This document shows positions 42,162-55,480 of a DNA stretch of 64,000 nucleotides, in pieces. The notes under the pieces were generated by a model, which saw only the letters and a list, made by a program, of their open reading frames with translations, did no database searches and had not been told where the DNA came from. The translations under genes were made by a program, and so were the position numbers. Source of the stretch: Eledone cirrhosa (taxonomy: Eukaryota); NCBI GenBank assembly GCA_964016885.1, contig OZ024741.1:378324001-378388000 (forward strand), read 5' to 3'. Within the stretch, counting starts at the first letter, position 1, and the number at the start of each line of letters is the position of its first letter.

Positions 42162-42204
42162 GTTAAAGTTCTTTCGTCAAACATTCTGTGACCTCTTCAT
42201 TGAC
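42162..42204 (-). ncRNA. Degenerate hammerhead (paralog of 5997-6039)
   Basis: gtca ATGAAGA ggtcacagaatgtttgac GAAA gaacTT taac; C3 is mutated. Confidence 0.5.
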
Positions 42205-42684
42205 TGGCGATTATTTTCTTTGTTTTGTGCCTCTCCTTTGTTCTGTCCTACGCCATCTTGTGTTTGTGTGTGTTGTGTGCTTAGTTTGCGTATGTGTTAC
42301 ATCCGGGTGTCTGTGTGTGTTTTTATTTGTTTATTTATTTATCTGTTTATTTGTTTGTTTATTTACAAGTTACTATAATAAATTGGAGTGAAAACGACTG
42401 TGTGTGTGTTTCTTATTGGTAACATGACCCTCCCAATGTATAACAATATCGGTTTCAACAAACGTTTCCAGATAAAGAATCTTGCTAAACAAATTCAGAA
42501 ATGAAATATAAATATATATATATGTATATAAATGTGCGCGCCAGTATATGCTTGTTTGTATATTCATTAGATAAAAACCATTAATCTGGATACCTAAATA
42601 TGAATGTATATATACATATATGTATATATGTATATACATATATGTGCATATATGTATATATATGTATATATATATATATGTATA

Positions 42685-42803
<119 letters not shown>

Positions 42804-42849
42804 AAGAAAAGCGAAGTAGTTTCAGATGTTCAAGTCCTTTAATAATAAT

Positions 42850-42923
42850 GCTGTGATATATATTTCAGTGAAGACACTGGTCACACTGTTCTGTGTGCGA
42901 GTGTCGTGTCATCATCAGACAGC
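42850..42923 (-). ncRNA. Type I hammerhead ribozyme with extended stem II
   Basis: Minus strand: gctgt CTGATGA tga cac gacact cg cacac agaaca gtgtg acc agtgtc t tca ct GAAA tatata TC acagc. Palindromic stem III ATATATAT, AUC triplet. Confidence 0.85.
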
Positions 42924-43885
42924 TCGTTACATAACAAGGTTATGTTTCCGAGGCAATCCAAATTGGATCGACATGGGAACGGATGAATTGCGTGTTTTGG
43001 GGTTTTTCATCCGCTCCCTTGTGAGTACCAATTCACCCCCACCGGCCTGCGAAAGCGCATGTCCGAAGGAAGTTGACTATTAGCCACCGTAGATTTCAAC
43101 GAAATTCACCCTCTCAGCCAAAACAATGGCCCACCAATGCCTGTACCATATTTTACTGCTACCCATCACGGCTGTGGCAGTGAGCCGATAGCCAGAGGAG
43201 ATGGGAGAGTGTTAGTTTTTACAGGTCATAATACTACCCCTCACTAAGCGTTGACGGTACGACTTACCATCAGCTTATAAGGGAAAATAAACTTAATTCT
43301 AGGTATCATGGTTTTACGTTGGAAGTTAAGAGTGAGAGTTGGAAATAAAAATTAAAATCCTAAATCAAATATCAGAAATTATAAATTAAACAATTAAGAA
43401 ATTAACAATTAGAAATTAAAGAATAAAAAAAAAATTCTTTTCAGGTGATAATTCGGATTGAGGTGAGTAAAAATATAGACTGAAGTGAGTAAATAATATG
43501 GAGAGAGATGTTTAAGTAATATGTTCTGAGAGGGATTCTAGTGTCACAGTTACTCTATCTACATATTGAACGACGATGCCGTACATTATAACTGAGGGCA
43601 AACTACAGGGCTCTAGGCATTAGTCAATCTGGTACACAGTCATAATTTCCATCACAGAATTTCCATCACAGAAGCCCCCTCAATTCAATCTATACATGGT
43701 CAGATGGACAATCATATGGATCATTTTGCATATATGTACTCTGTGCTTTTGCATTTATTCACTATTGGTTCTGTTCTTTTCTTTTGTGTAATTTATATCT
43801 GTTTTTCTTTGATTTTGTTCCATGTGATGGAAATTATCACCCGTAAAATATGCTCCAAGATTCTAATGAATAGATCCGAGCATTT

Positions 43886-44147
43886 TATATCTAATTAGAA
43901 ATTGATTGACATATAAATATATCTAAAATAAACATGTGAAACAATCACAGGGGATAATTTGTAAAAGTGTGTAAGCACACATAGCTAGGTAGGTGACTAA
44001 GTAAAGTTTAACTAGAACATCAAAAATAGATACCTTATAAATTGATTAATCTAAGCTATGTGTACCTACACACTTCTACAACTTATCCCCTGTGATTGTT
44101 TCTCATGTTTATTTTAGATATATTTATATATCAATCAATTTCTAATT

Positions 44148-44154
<7 letters not shown>
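43886..44154. repeat. Inverted repeat with ~100-bp arms (43886-43986 / 44054-44154)
   Basis: aattagaaattgattga...aaacaatcacaggggataa...acacatagct versus its reverse complement. Confidence 0.9.
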
Positions 44155-44219
<65 letters not shown>

Positions 44220-44364
44220 CGAAGGAAATGTGGTAAGGAACCAGGTGGACCATAACGCACCAAAGTACTCAATACTTGAGGTAGTAGAGTGGGTAATCGA
44301 AACGGCTTGAGCTCAGCTGTCGGGGTCTTACTAGTTCCTATATATATATATATATATATATATA

Positions 44365-47300
44365 AATTACATGAATCAAAGTTCTGTTTAAATCATTTAT
44401 TTGCTTACAATTGTTTCTTCTAAACCGAGGTTTGGTGTCTTCGGAGCAATTATTCAGTGATTTTTTACATACTTGCCCTCCTTTTCAACACAAGAGACAT
44501 ATAGAAACATATGTATATATTGACCCACAGTGGGTTGACATCCATTATAATAATATGGCATGGCAATTTACATACAAAGATTACAGTCATATTAAAGGAC
44601 AAATTTAAAGTTTAAATTAAAGTTAAAATTAAAATTAAAATTAAAATTAAAATTAAAATTAAAATTAAACATTGGCAGTTTACGAAGATAAAGCAAGAAG
44701 AAAGTTTGGAGTAGCCAGTGTATCCAACAGTCACACGTGAGGCGTGCACGCGTGTCCTATTTATATAAGCTTATAGTGCGGCAGATTGTTACATATAAAA
44801 CAAGCAGTCAAAGCAGGCAATCAAGAGCATCATGGGGGCTGTACTGGTAAAGCATTTTTCACACACACCTGTACGATATAGAAACCCGTGTGTAGAGAAA
44901 CACCAAAAATATCAAAAATATTACAAATGTGAAGCAAAAGAGCACCACTGTCCTCGCACACACCACCACTCTCACAATCCAGGAAACGCAATTTATAGAC
45001 TACATGTCCATCACACAATCCACGATGATTCAACATTGGGTGCTTGGTGAACCATGTTAGAATATCACAGCTTGTCGTTCTCTAATTCGATTCTATAGAG
45101 CAGGTTGTTTTTGTTGTGAGAATTGACACCGTATTATATTCCGGAAGTGTGTGTGTGATTAAGGGGAGTTAATGCGTAATGGGAGGTAACAAGCTGATTT
45201 CTATAGCTAAATTTATTATCCTAAAGTACATTAATGGTGTCTCAAATGAGTTCCTATCATATAAGGTTATAAACAATTTCTAAATTTAAGTATCTTATCT
45301 ATAAATTACAGTGTAGTCTATCAAGAAGTGCTAAAGGTGTTCATGTTAGGATGATTACCTTCTATCATAGAGTGCCACAACCGAATATTCTACATGAAGA
45401 GTCAGATCTCCAAATCAATGATCTTTCTAAGTGTAGTCCACCCGCAGAACCTGGCAAGGTCTTATTAGAATCACTTCTATATATGACTCCTGGTAAGCTC
45501 TGGGTCATTGCATGTCTGATTGCAAAGTTAAATATCACTAGGGTAGTCCAGAGATCAATTCTCACTTACAAAGACACTAATCTGACCATCAAGTCATACA
45601 TGTATTTATAACTCATACATCACCTGTACATAATTCATTGCACTCAGCATATAGATTATATAGCTCTTTTATGTTAATACATTAATTACTTAATCTTCCC
45701 TTTATCCAATGATGGCACTCCATACACAGGACAATGTTAGCACAACCCATTCCGTGTTTAAAGTTTACATTAATTATATATTGGTGTAATGTAGTCTAAG
45801 TAATTGAAGGCCAATATACCAAAAGTAGAAGTACATGGGGATATCTCTAGGGTAAAAGGAACTAGGATGATGCCACTATTTGCGTTAAAATGGACTAATG
45901 GGTGTGGGGATGAGGTGTAAGGTGTGCCCCTGATGTTTGTTGCTAGAGGTGGTGACGGGTTCAAGTCCGACATTGTTATATATTGGGTTTAAAGTTTTGG
46001 AAGGAATGTCGGAAGCGGTGTTGGCAAGACGCGAACACTCTGATTTTTTATTAAGGAGGTTATGGTTGGAGAAGATGATAGTATGGGTGTCTAGTAGACA
46101 GAGGTTACACAATTTATTAGGTGGTTTGTACGATGTCGCGTTACCTATCACTTCCCATTTAAGTGTATATGGTTTATTTTTAGTTTTTAGATAGTGTATG
46201 CAGCTAGATAGTGAAGTGGATTTGGCTAGACTGTTTTTTGAAAGAGTGGAGGTGCGAATTGTATCTGGTTTTGAAGCAGTTTAAAGTAGAGCCTATATCG
46301 GTTTCAGAAGACTGGCTAGTTGTGACTGTGCATGAGTATATGATATCCTTGATTAAGCATTTTTTTATATAAAGGGCAGATTTGATCTACAGTTATAATT
46401 ATTCTGGGTGTTAGTCTGCCGGTTATTATGTTGTGTAGAAGTATGGATGGTAGCTATAGGGTTATGGTTATGTGGGTTGTCGTTACCAGCGTTATTGTTT
46501 ACACTAGTGCTATTACTATTATTTCTATTGATATTAGGGTTAGTTGCTATAATGTTATTTTGAAGGTTTATCGTCTGCTGTGATTTAGTTTGTTGGAAGT
46601 AAGAATTAATTTTTCTTTTATTGCTACTAGCTATGTGGTATGCTATGTTAGGCGTAGTAGAGTAGGAGATTTTAATAGTGTTTTTGTTTAAAAGGCTATG
46701 ATACTTGTGGCCGGATGGGAAGTTTTTATCTAGTAGTGAGAAGAAAGCCCTAGGTAGGTTGGTAGAGACGTTTAGATTGAAAGGAGGGTTGAAAAATGTA
46801 TTATTTCTTCTTCTATTTTTGTTTTTTATGTCTGGTGAGTTGTTTCCTTGTATGGTAATATGGTAAATTCTGTGGTGTGGGTTACTTTTGTTGGCATCCT
46901 CCGTATTACTGTGTGTGTGGTTGCTATTCCTATTACTAAATTTACTCATGGATATGTGCGAAATAATGTTGTAGCAATGTGTTTTTGTAGGTAGGAACTC
47001 GATCTCTATATTATGGTCTGATCTAGCTAATGCCTGATTATAATATTGCGAGTTTTTGCTAAATATGTTTACGCCATAGGATAGATTAGAGATTCTATTA
47101 GATACTCCCTTACAGATAGAGTTTAATATAGATCTAGGTTGGTTAGACTTGGTATCTACGTAAATGAGTTTTTCATTAGGTTTGTGGAAAGCTGCATATA
47201 TCTTTGAGTCTAGGTAGAGGGTGGCGTCCAGGAATTTAACGTTTTTATTGTCTTTGTCCATGGTAATACTAAGGTTATAATTTTTTGAATGTCTTGTGCA

Positions 47301-47530
47301 ATAGTTTTCTAGTTCTTTCTATATTGAATTTTTTATAATCTATAAGTAGAAGTGCATCATCGCGGTACAAACCACCGTTGAGGTATGGAAGGTCCTTATG
47401 GATTTCGTTAAGTAAATATAGGCCGACTAAATCAGTGACCTGCGCCGAGTCACTAGATCCCATGGTCATGTCGAAGTTGTTTTGCGTATCTTTGCGGGTC
47501 CATAATTGGTCTTCAAAGGTGATTACTGTT
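44365..47530 (-). mobile_element. 5'-truncated Naiad-type Penelope-like element with long 3' UTR
   Basis: FDMTMGSSDSAQVTDLVGLYLL; GLYRDDALL; FNPPFNLNVSTN; NTIKISYSTTPN; NCRS/CPL; CNLCLL...LLNKKSE; terminal hammerhead at 44401-44449; flanked by (TA)n. Confidence 0.9.
44401..44449 (-). ncRNA. Minimal hammerhead, CCGAAGA core variant
   Basis: ttgct CCGAAGA caccaaac ctcg gtttagaa GAAA caattg TA agcaa; palindromic stem III ACAATTGT. Confidence 0.75.
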
Positions 47531-47547
47531 TTACGGGTCGCAAGTAT

Positions 47548-47617
<70 letters not shown>

Positions 47618-48200
47618 TATATATGTATATATATATGTATGTATGCATGTGTGTGTGTGCGTGTGTGTGCGTGTGTGCGTATATATATAACATTAGATTG
47701 TACCTGAAATCGTAGTTGAAATTCGTTACAAACCAATATTTCCGTCAAATGCACATTAATTCTATTCATTAGTTTTTAATATAAAACTAACTCTCTTCCC
47801 CATCAATATTCATTATGAATTGTTCATGAATAACGAGATGTGCGTAGTTGGGACAGCGTTTAACAATTAAGAAATATTGGATATGTATTTCTTCAGGTGA
47901 TATTTTCACTATTTAGCAATAATTATTATCAGAAATTGATACGTGTACAAAATATCTGGTGAAAAATACTACGTCAAATACTTTAATTTTCAGATTCATG
48001 ATCTAATATTACCTTCAATGCATTGATCTGTAATTTTTGGATTATATTTGTCAGTTTGAGAAGAAAGGATTTTACTCTTAAGGCTATATTTGTTAGTAAA
48101 TAGTTGCCTCGTATTATACTACCATGAGTGTATCTAGTAAGAAAATGATATATGCAAGATACGCATAGTGACTAAATAATGTTGCAAACGCACACACACA

Positions 48201-48245
<45 letters not shown>

Positions 48246-48251
48246 ACACAT

Positions 48252-48295
<44 letters not shown>

Positions 48296-48569
48296 GAAAA
48301 TATATAAATGAAAATATATATACATATATATATATTTATATATCCGCCTAGATTTTAGAGATCTTCCAAATTGATAATGAATGACAGGTTTGCAAATATT
48401 CAGTAATCAACTTCATTAAGCGTAAGTGATATATGAATTACCATATTTTTCTCACGATATGATTTTATTTAATCAAATGTTTGTTTGCATATTTGATTCG
48501 AGAGATTATTGAATAAATGTGTTCACATTCATTTGAATAGGATGCCCGTTTGTTCAAACATATCTGACT

Positions 48570-49720
48570 TTTTGCAGCGGAGAAGATGAGAAATGATTAA
48601 AGAAACAAGCAATACAAGTGACAGAAATAGTGGTAGGATGTTAGTAGTTGAGTGTGTTGATAAGTAATACAAAATGTGAAGGAAATATCAGGAATTGCAG
48701 CAGAAACGCTGTGCTTTCTTCTAATTCTATATATCCATATATCTAACCGGATCAACCAACGAAATGAGATATTATTCATATAACATAAAAAGTTGTAGAA
48801 TTTTAAACTATGCAACACATGTATTAATCCCTATTGTATACCATACACCTCCAGTGTAGGGTGGAATTGATACAAAATGAACGGTTGTTTGTATATTTAA
48901 TCCAGGATATATCAATGGCCATATGTACATTGGATGCGACCCAGTAATACTGCCTAAGTTTAATGGAAATTACACGTTATTGAGAATAGTTACCAGATTA
49001 TCTGACATCAGTATGTTTGTGTAAAACGTTATATCATATATATGAAGAAAATAAATTGCTTAGCATCACATGACATGAATTTCCCACCAACTCATGAATG
49101 ATTTTTGTTTCGTGAATTACATCTACATTCTCACACCCACCATTTCTTACGTTTAAGAGTCTTTACACAGAACACATGATTTATGTGTCGAACGCCCATC
49201 TACATTTCATAAATATATATGTACATATGCTATTCAATAATTTGAATTTTACAATTGCAAAGTGGTGCATTACATTTATCGATAATGCGAGTCATCTTTA
49301 CGTCAGTTTAAAACATAAGGAATGTGACCTAATGACGTCAAAACACCTTTAGGTACCTTTTTCAATTCCCATTCAATTAAGAATGTAGCAATCTATCCTC
49401 ATTTGAATATCATAAGAATTCTCGTATGCCAATGGTTTGCAGCATAGTTGTGTTCCTTGATTTACAAATGCATATTACCATAGGTTACCATCCCGAGTTT
49501 GATTCATTGACCATAAAGTAAATTTAACATTCAATAAAAACAAATTAAAAAGGGGGAATATAGCTTTTGTATCATTAGAATGGCAGCTATTAAAATCCAT
49601 GCATTGAATAAAATATATTTCTTAAAACATGGAAAAATTAATTTCCTTATTGACAAAATTATTATCATTTTCAAAATCTGTATTTGATTTTTTAATAACA
49701 TCACATAGAACATGTTTTAA
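48570..49720 (-). pseudogene. Near full-length decayed Cys-loop (nAChR/chemotactile-receptor-like) gene
   Basis: Ordered motifs: W..NESNSGW*P; NHWHTRI (loop A); LTSLGHIPY; NCKIQI; RNGGCENVDV (NGEW-like); FIFFIYMI*R; FYTNILMSDNLVTILNNV*FPLNLGS (M1); GRIQ; LNI...IPPY (48867-48856). Confidence 0.6.
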
Positions 49721-50195
49721 ATTAGTCGAGAGAACAGATGTTTTCTTAAAATTCGCAGTAGTTTAATACGTTAGAATCCATTGAGATTGAGGAAACATTG
49801 ATTTCCGAGGATAAAGGTTTAGCTTGAACAGGATATGATGTTAAATGAAAACTAAATAGATAGAAATAAATGCAATGAAATAATAAAAATAGAATATATA
49901 AAGTTTAAATTTTACACATAATGACACCAACGAAATTGACGCAATTTAGACGTAACATTGTCTCATATTTAATTGCAGAAATTCCTTTCTTTAGAAGAAA
50001 AAGGACAACATATTTAAGAAATCATTAAAGAGAAACTTAAACACGCACAAATACACACATGCACGCAGACAAAATTTACAAACAAACATGTGGGTTTGTG
50101 TATTGGTACATATATAGGTAGTAATATTTGTTTCTGGTCTGAAAGTCTATTTATTTATTAGAAAGTGTTTAAATATGTATGAACAATCCATTTCC

Positions 50196-50700
50196 TTACT
50201 GTGATATTACCCAGGCATTAAGGGATATCACTGAAAACAAAACAATAAAAACATTTATGATGATATATTTTGGGAATCTTCGCCTGCTGTGACATTGTTT
50301 CTGAAGTTCCTTTTCTATTGAATGGAGTATATTACAAAATCCACGCCCTAAGTTAATGGGACCACATTTTTCCGGAAATCTCGAATATACTCTCACAACT
50401 GGCTTTAGAAAATTACTACTTAAATAACCGCCTCAAATATTTAGTCGCTGTCTAGACGAAGCGAAATTCATTCTGAGAAAATTGTAAAGACCAGATTAAT
50501 TTCAAGGAAATACATTTCTTAAATTACTAACTTGGAATAAGTTGTCCCCCTTTGTATATTTTTTTAAAGTAACCTTCATTTATATCATATGAGAAATTTG
50601 TTTATTTATAGCTAAATGAGATTTCGTCTTCAATATATCTCCGGAATATTTTCAAAACTCCAAAATAATCCGTAGAGGTAGACAGATTTATTTTAAACAT
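50196..50700 (-). pseudogene. Decayed Cys-loop receptor C-terminal half
   Basis: FWSFENI, then ~33 codons to MKVTLKKY; LIPS; SLQFS; terminal hydrophobic helix KYIIINVFIVLFSVISLNAWVISQ* (M4-like). Confidence 0.4.
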
Positions 50701-50791
50701 GAAGCTAAATGAGTTGAGGTTTATAATGCAACGAAACGTAAGTACCTGAACATATCACTTTTGTAACTAATTATACTTAACTCGTTCTTAT

Positions 50792-50859
<68 letters not shown>

Positions 50860-50862
50860 ATG

Positions 50863-50897
<35 letters not shown>

Positions 50898-51306
50898 GGA
50901 TATATATATATATAAATGGTATCTGAGTTTTTCGAATATTAATAATAATATTAGATTATTTTACAATATTGCACACAGCCTCCTTTTTAAATCCATGTCA
51001 GTAGAACATGTCCCCTCATTCTTCCTCTTGTGTTGGCATGTAAACAGAACTACAGACAGTAATGTGTCTTGGTACGTCATTCATCAGTGCAGTTCACTGT
51101 TCAACTGCCAACTGTCAGATCTAGGGAAAATATATGATATGTTCTAAAATATACAGTGACTGAACGGCCTGATTTACATCTGGCTTTAAAAAAGACGCTG
51201 TTGGCATAATTGCAAAACGAATAGAATATTATTATTAATATTGGAAAAACTCAGATTACATGTATTCTATTCTACCATGTAAAACGATAATTGTATATAT
51301 ATATAT

Positions 51307-53041
51307 ATATTTATTAAAATAACAGATTAAAGTTTAAGCAAAAAATCGCTGCTTTCACCCTTAACGGGATCTTCTAAAACTACCAAAGTCAATCTGTAAA
51401 CACAGAAGTGAATATTTCAAAAAACGTTGCAACCGGAGGAAGACAGGAAGACGATACTTTGGTTCGTGGAAACGTTCGCTGGCAAAGAACGGGAAGAAAC
51501 GAATATAAAACGTCATTAATAGGAGCGGTGAAAAACAATTACGCGCAAAGACAGAACCACGTTTATGGTATACAAGAGGTCGTAGACAAATGTTCTCTTA
51601 GGTGGTTCATAGTGACGTTCTCTGGCAATGAACGAAAAAAACGAAGATAATACGTCATATGTGTAGCGTGGAGAACAATAGCACGCAAAGACAAAACGAC
51701 GTAAATTGTACAGCAGAAGTCGTAGACTCAAATTCTAACTAAGAGAGCGAATGAATCTCCGCTTCAGAGTTAAGAACAAAGTAAATAAATACTATACAGA
51801 AGTAATACAGAAGTAATAGAAATAGACCTTGTGAACTCTGCGCCGCTGAGGCCCTGGAAATACTCTACGCCACAGACCACATCTTAAACAAAAAATCGGA
51901 GGCAATTTCGGCTTGTAAACATAAATTGCACAAAACCTTCCTGTATTACAGCCCACGTTATACCCTAACGGATAGTACGATCTATACGTGGATATTTTAC
52001 GTCTTGATGTGGGAGCTACCATTACTTATTTGCATAGGTAAGTATATATTACCCTTATGTTTTGTGAAGGTACGGATACCTTCTCGTACGTATATTTGAT
52101 TGTTTATGTTATGGCGTATAATTTTATATATTCTGGTACATATGGTTTGGCTATGTGTATACGGGAGTTTTGCGTCTGTGTGAGTATGTAGGTTCGTACG
52201 TATTTAGGGTGGGTGTATATGTGTACTTCATGGTTTGGTTGACTTACGTCTCCGAACATTCGTGTATTTACATGTAGGTATGTGTGTGCGCTTGTTATAT
52301 ACGTATTTATTCATTTATATACGTTTATATAATTATTTATTTATTTGTATACACGCATACACACACACACATATTTATATGTGCGTGGTTTTGTTTACCT
52401 ATGGTAAGTGTTTTGCGTATGCTTGTGTATGTACGTATTTGTTTGAGTGTATGTATTTATTTATTTCTATTACTTCTGTATTGTATTTATTTACTTTGTT
52501 CTTAACTCTGAAGCGGAGATTCATTCGGTCTCCTAGTTAGAATTTTAGTCTATGACTTCTGCTATACCATTTACGTGGTTTTGTCTTTGCGTGCTATTGT
52601 TCTCCACGCTCCATATATGACGTGTTATCTTCATTTTTTCGTTTATTGCCAGAGAACATCTCTATGAACCACCTAACAGAACATTTGTCTGCGACCTCTT
52701 TTATACCATAAACGTGGTTCTGTCTTTGCGCGTAATTGTTTTTCACCGCTCCTATTAATGACGTATTATATTCGTTTTTCCCGTTCTTTGCCAGCGAACG
52801 TTTCCACGAACCAAAGTATCGTCTTCCTGTCTTCCTCCGGTTGCAACGTTTTTTGAAATATCCACTTCTGCGTTTACAGATTGGCTTTGTTAGTTTCATG
52901 ATATCCCGTGAAAGCAGCGATTCTTTGCTTAAACTTTAATCTGTTATTTTAATAAATATTTGCTCTACGGTTCTTATATATTTTATATATATTTATCCTT
53001 ATCGAGCACTCTTGGATTTTAGTCTTCAAATTTATTATTAT

Positions 53042-53045
<4 letters not shown>
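51307..53045 (+). mobile_element. Strongly 5'-truncated Naiad-type PLE with inverted 5' copy of its 3' end
   Basis: From ~51824 it encodes RPCELCAAEALEILYATDHILNKKSEAISACKH (Naiad C-terminus); 51307-51824 is the reverse complement of 52462-52959. Confidence 0.88.
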
Positions 53046-53133
<88 letters not shown>

Positions 53134-53298
53134 ACATATATATATATGGATAGATGTATTGTCTACAATTCACTGAAACGTATGTGGCCCGTAGTAGACA
53201 ACTGATGAAGGGAACATGTCCATCGCTTCCTGTTGTCTCTACTTTCTCACACTCGTTATCAGTAACCACACAGAGGCGTCCCTCTCAATCCGTATTTA

Positions 53299-53394
<96 letters not shown>

Positions 53395-53939
53395 TACTGT
53401 AGTACAAGCATGATGTAAATATACAATTGTTCAGAGCATTCAATCAGTGAGTCCAGTTATGTATAATCTGTTAAAAATGGAAATACATAGATATTTATGC
53501 ATCAATGGGCTTAACGCAAAATCATTCACAGCATGTCGGACAACGTGAGTTGTTAAACACAACGAGAATAAAATAAAACATCTCCTCATGCCACTGTTGT
53601 AACACTTTATCTCTCGCTCATTGTCACTCTCTCTATTCCTCTCTCCCTTTCCACTCCACCCCCTCTGTCTCTCACTCTCTCTCTCTATATATATGCATAT
53701 TTGATTTAACGTATTTATGTATATGATGGCAATGTATGTGCATACTCAGTTGAATGGAAACTTTCAATAACGCAATATAGGTAAGCTCTGATTAAGTAAT
53801 CATTTGTTATACGTGACTATCAGAGGATGTATACGAAAATATTAAGGAGACCTGGCTGCCCTCTCTAGTTGCTTGCAGAGCACCCTAGTTAAGTATTCCT
53901 TTGATTCGAGCAATATGTCAGGTTAAATATAAAGTAAGT

Positions 53940-54150
53940 AATTATTTCTATTATAGGCAGCAGGCGAGAAATTTGGGGAGCGGGGAGAGTCGATTAAATT
54001 GAACCAGTGAATTACTGGGGCTTTATTTTACTGAACCCATAGGGATGAAAGGCAAGGCAAACCTCAGAGAGATTTGAATTCAGAAAGTAAAAGGGACATA
54101 ACTCTATTCTGCAAAGCATGATGTATGTCGCTCTACCAATACTGTCAATA
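53940..54150 (-). mobile_element. Diverged SINE
   Basis: gggatgaaaggcaa...gatttgaattcagaa...ctctaccaatactgtcaat. Confidence 0.75.
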
Positions 54151-54639
54151 GTCATTAATGTATTTTCCTTGTTGCATTATCTTTCAAATCAAGCAATTGG
54201 AAATATAATTTCTTGTAAATAACCTTATATATAAGGGACAATCCAAATTGATATTGTATCTACAGGATGACCTTACCAATTACATGCAGCGACTGCTGTA
54301 ACAGCTGCCTTGACAATATGTCAATCTATAATTCTGCAAGTTGATATATTTAGAAAGGGTACTAGAGTATGAATCCATTTTTAAATTAGACTGTGTAAAT
54401 TGTTTTATATTTTGGATTCAATATTAAGTCGTAAACTGCACATTCAATACCTCTGCAACTGCTTGAAACTAAATATTTCGATAACAGAGATTCTTTTTAA
54501 AAAAAAGGTATATCTAATTAATAAATATCTATGTATACATGGGTTGTTGAGTTGAATTTTAAATACGGGAAATAATTATTTTAAATACCGTGTGGCGTTT
54601 ATTCAGTAAAGCCAAATTTGAATAATGGCGCGTTGGTGT

Positions 54640-55100
54640 TACAGACAATAAATAGATACGAATAAACTAGCAGATAATATATGGAATAGGCATTGGAAAA
54701 CGATTTGAAACAAATGCAAATATAATCAAATTGGAGCCATTTGAACCAAATAATCTCAGATATATTTTGTTATAAGGCAATGCTTGAAATAAAGCACATT
54801 TTCATAGAAAGGAATCGACGAATATTAGTTTACGATAAATGGTGATGTTCGATGAAAATTTGGAGACTCTCATGTCGCACTTATATATACAACCTCTACG
54901 TGCATCGAAGTATACACCCTGGCAATATACTTTGGTGTTAATATTGATATTAATAATTAATGTATTCTTATTTTAAACCATAGCACCGCATGAGATTGCA
55001 GGTTAATGTGTAGTATTCCATGACGGGTAGTTCTTAAATGTCAGGAGAGATAATTCACGTCATAATGCATAATAGTATATTTATTGCAATAGATTACTAC
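54640..55100 (+). pseudogene. Candidate decayed Cys-loop receptor fragment, opposite orientation
   Basis: NKCKY..IG; KES (EW-like); HLYIQPLRAS; hydrophobic TLVLILILIINVFLF; MRLQV (RLQ at 54993-55001), at the expected spacing. Confidence 0.35.
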
Positions 55101-55415
55101 AGCCTAATTTTTAATAACTGTAGAGCATTTGAGATATTATTGAAATCAAGAGTGTTTATTGACTCTTGAATTCTGATTTCTATTTACTAAATAGTAAATC
55201 ACTCAGGATGTTACGGCGATGTGTGTAATATGAAGCAAATTACCAGCCAATGATAATGTCTCTATGTTCTATAGGTACTGATGTAAAAGAACACACACAT
55301 ACACATACCTACGCATACACACATACACACGCACCTACACACAAACGCACACGTGCACACCTCCATACACACATCACACATCCACTCGCACATATCACGC
55401 ACCCACGCACACATG

Positions 55416-55449
<34 letters not shown>

Positions 55450-55480
55450 AAGAATCAAAGAACTGTTCAAAACATTATTG

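Noticed and set aside
52500-52542. Hammerhead or SECIS at ctgaagc ggagat...gtctcc
   Set aside because: It is a hairpin only and lacks GAAA and the SECIS quartet/apical AA.
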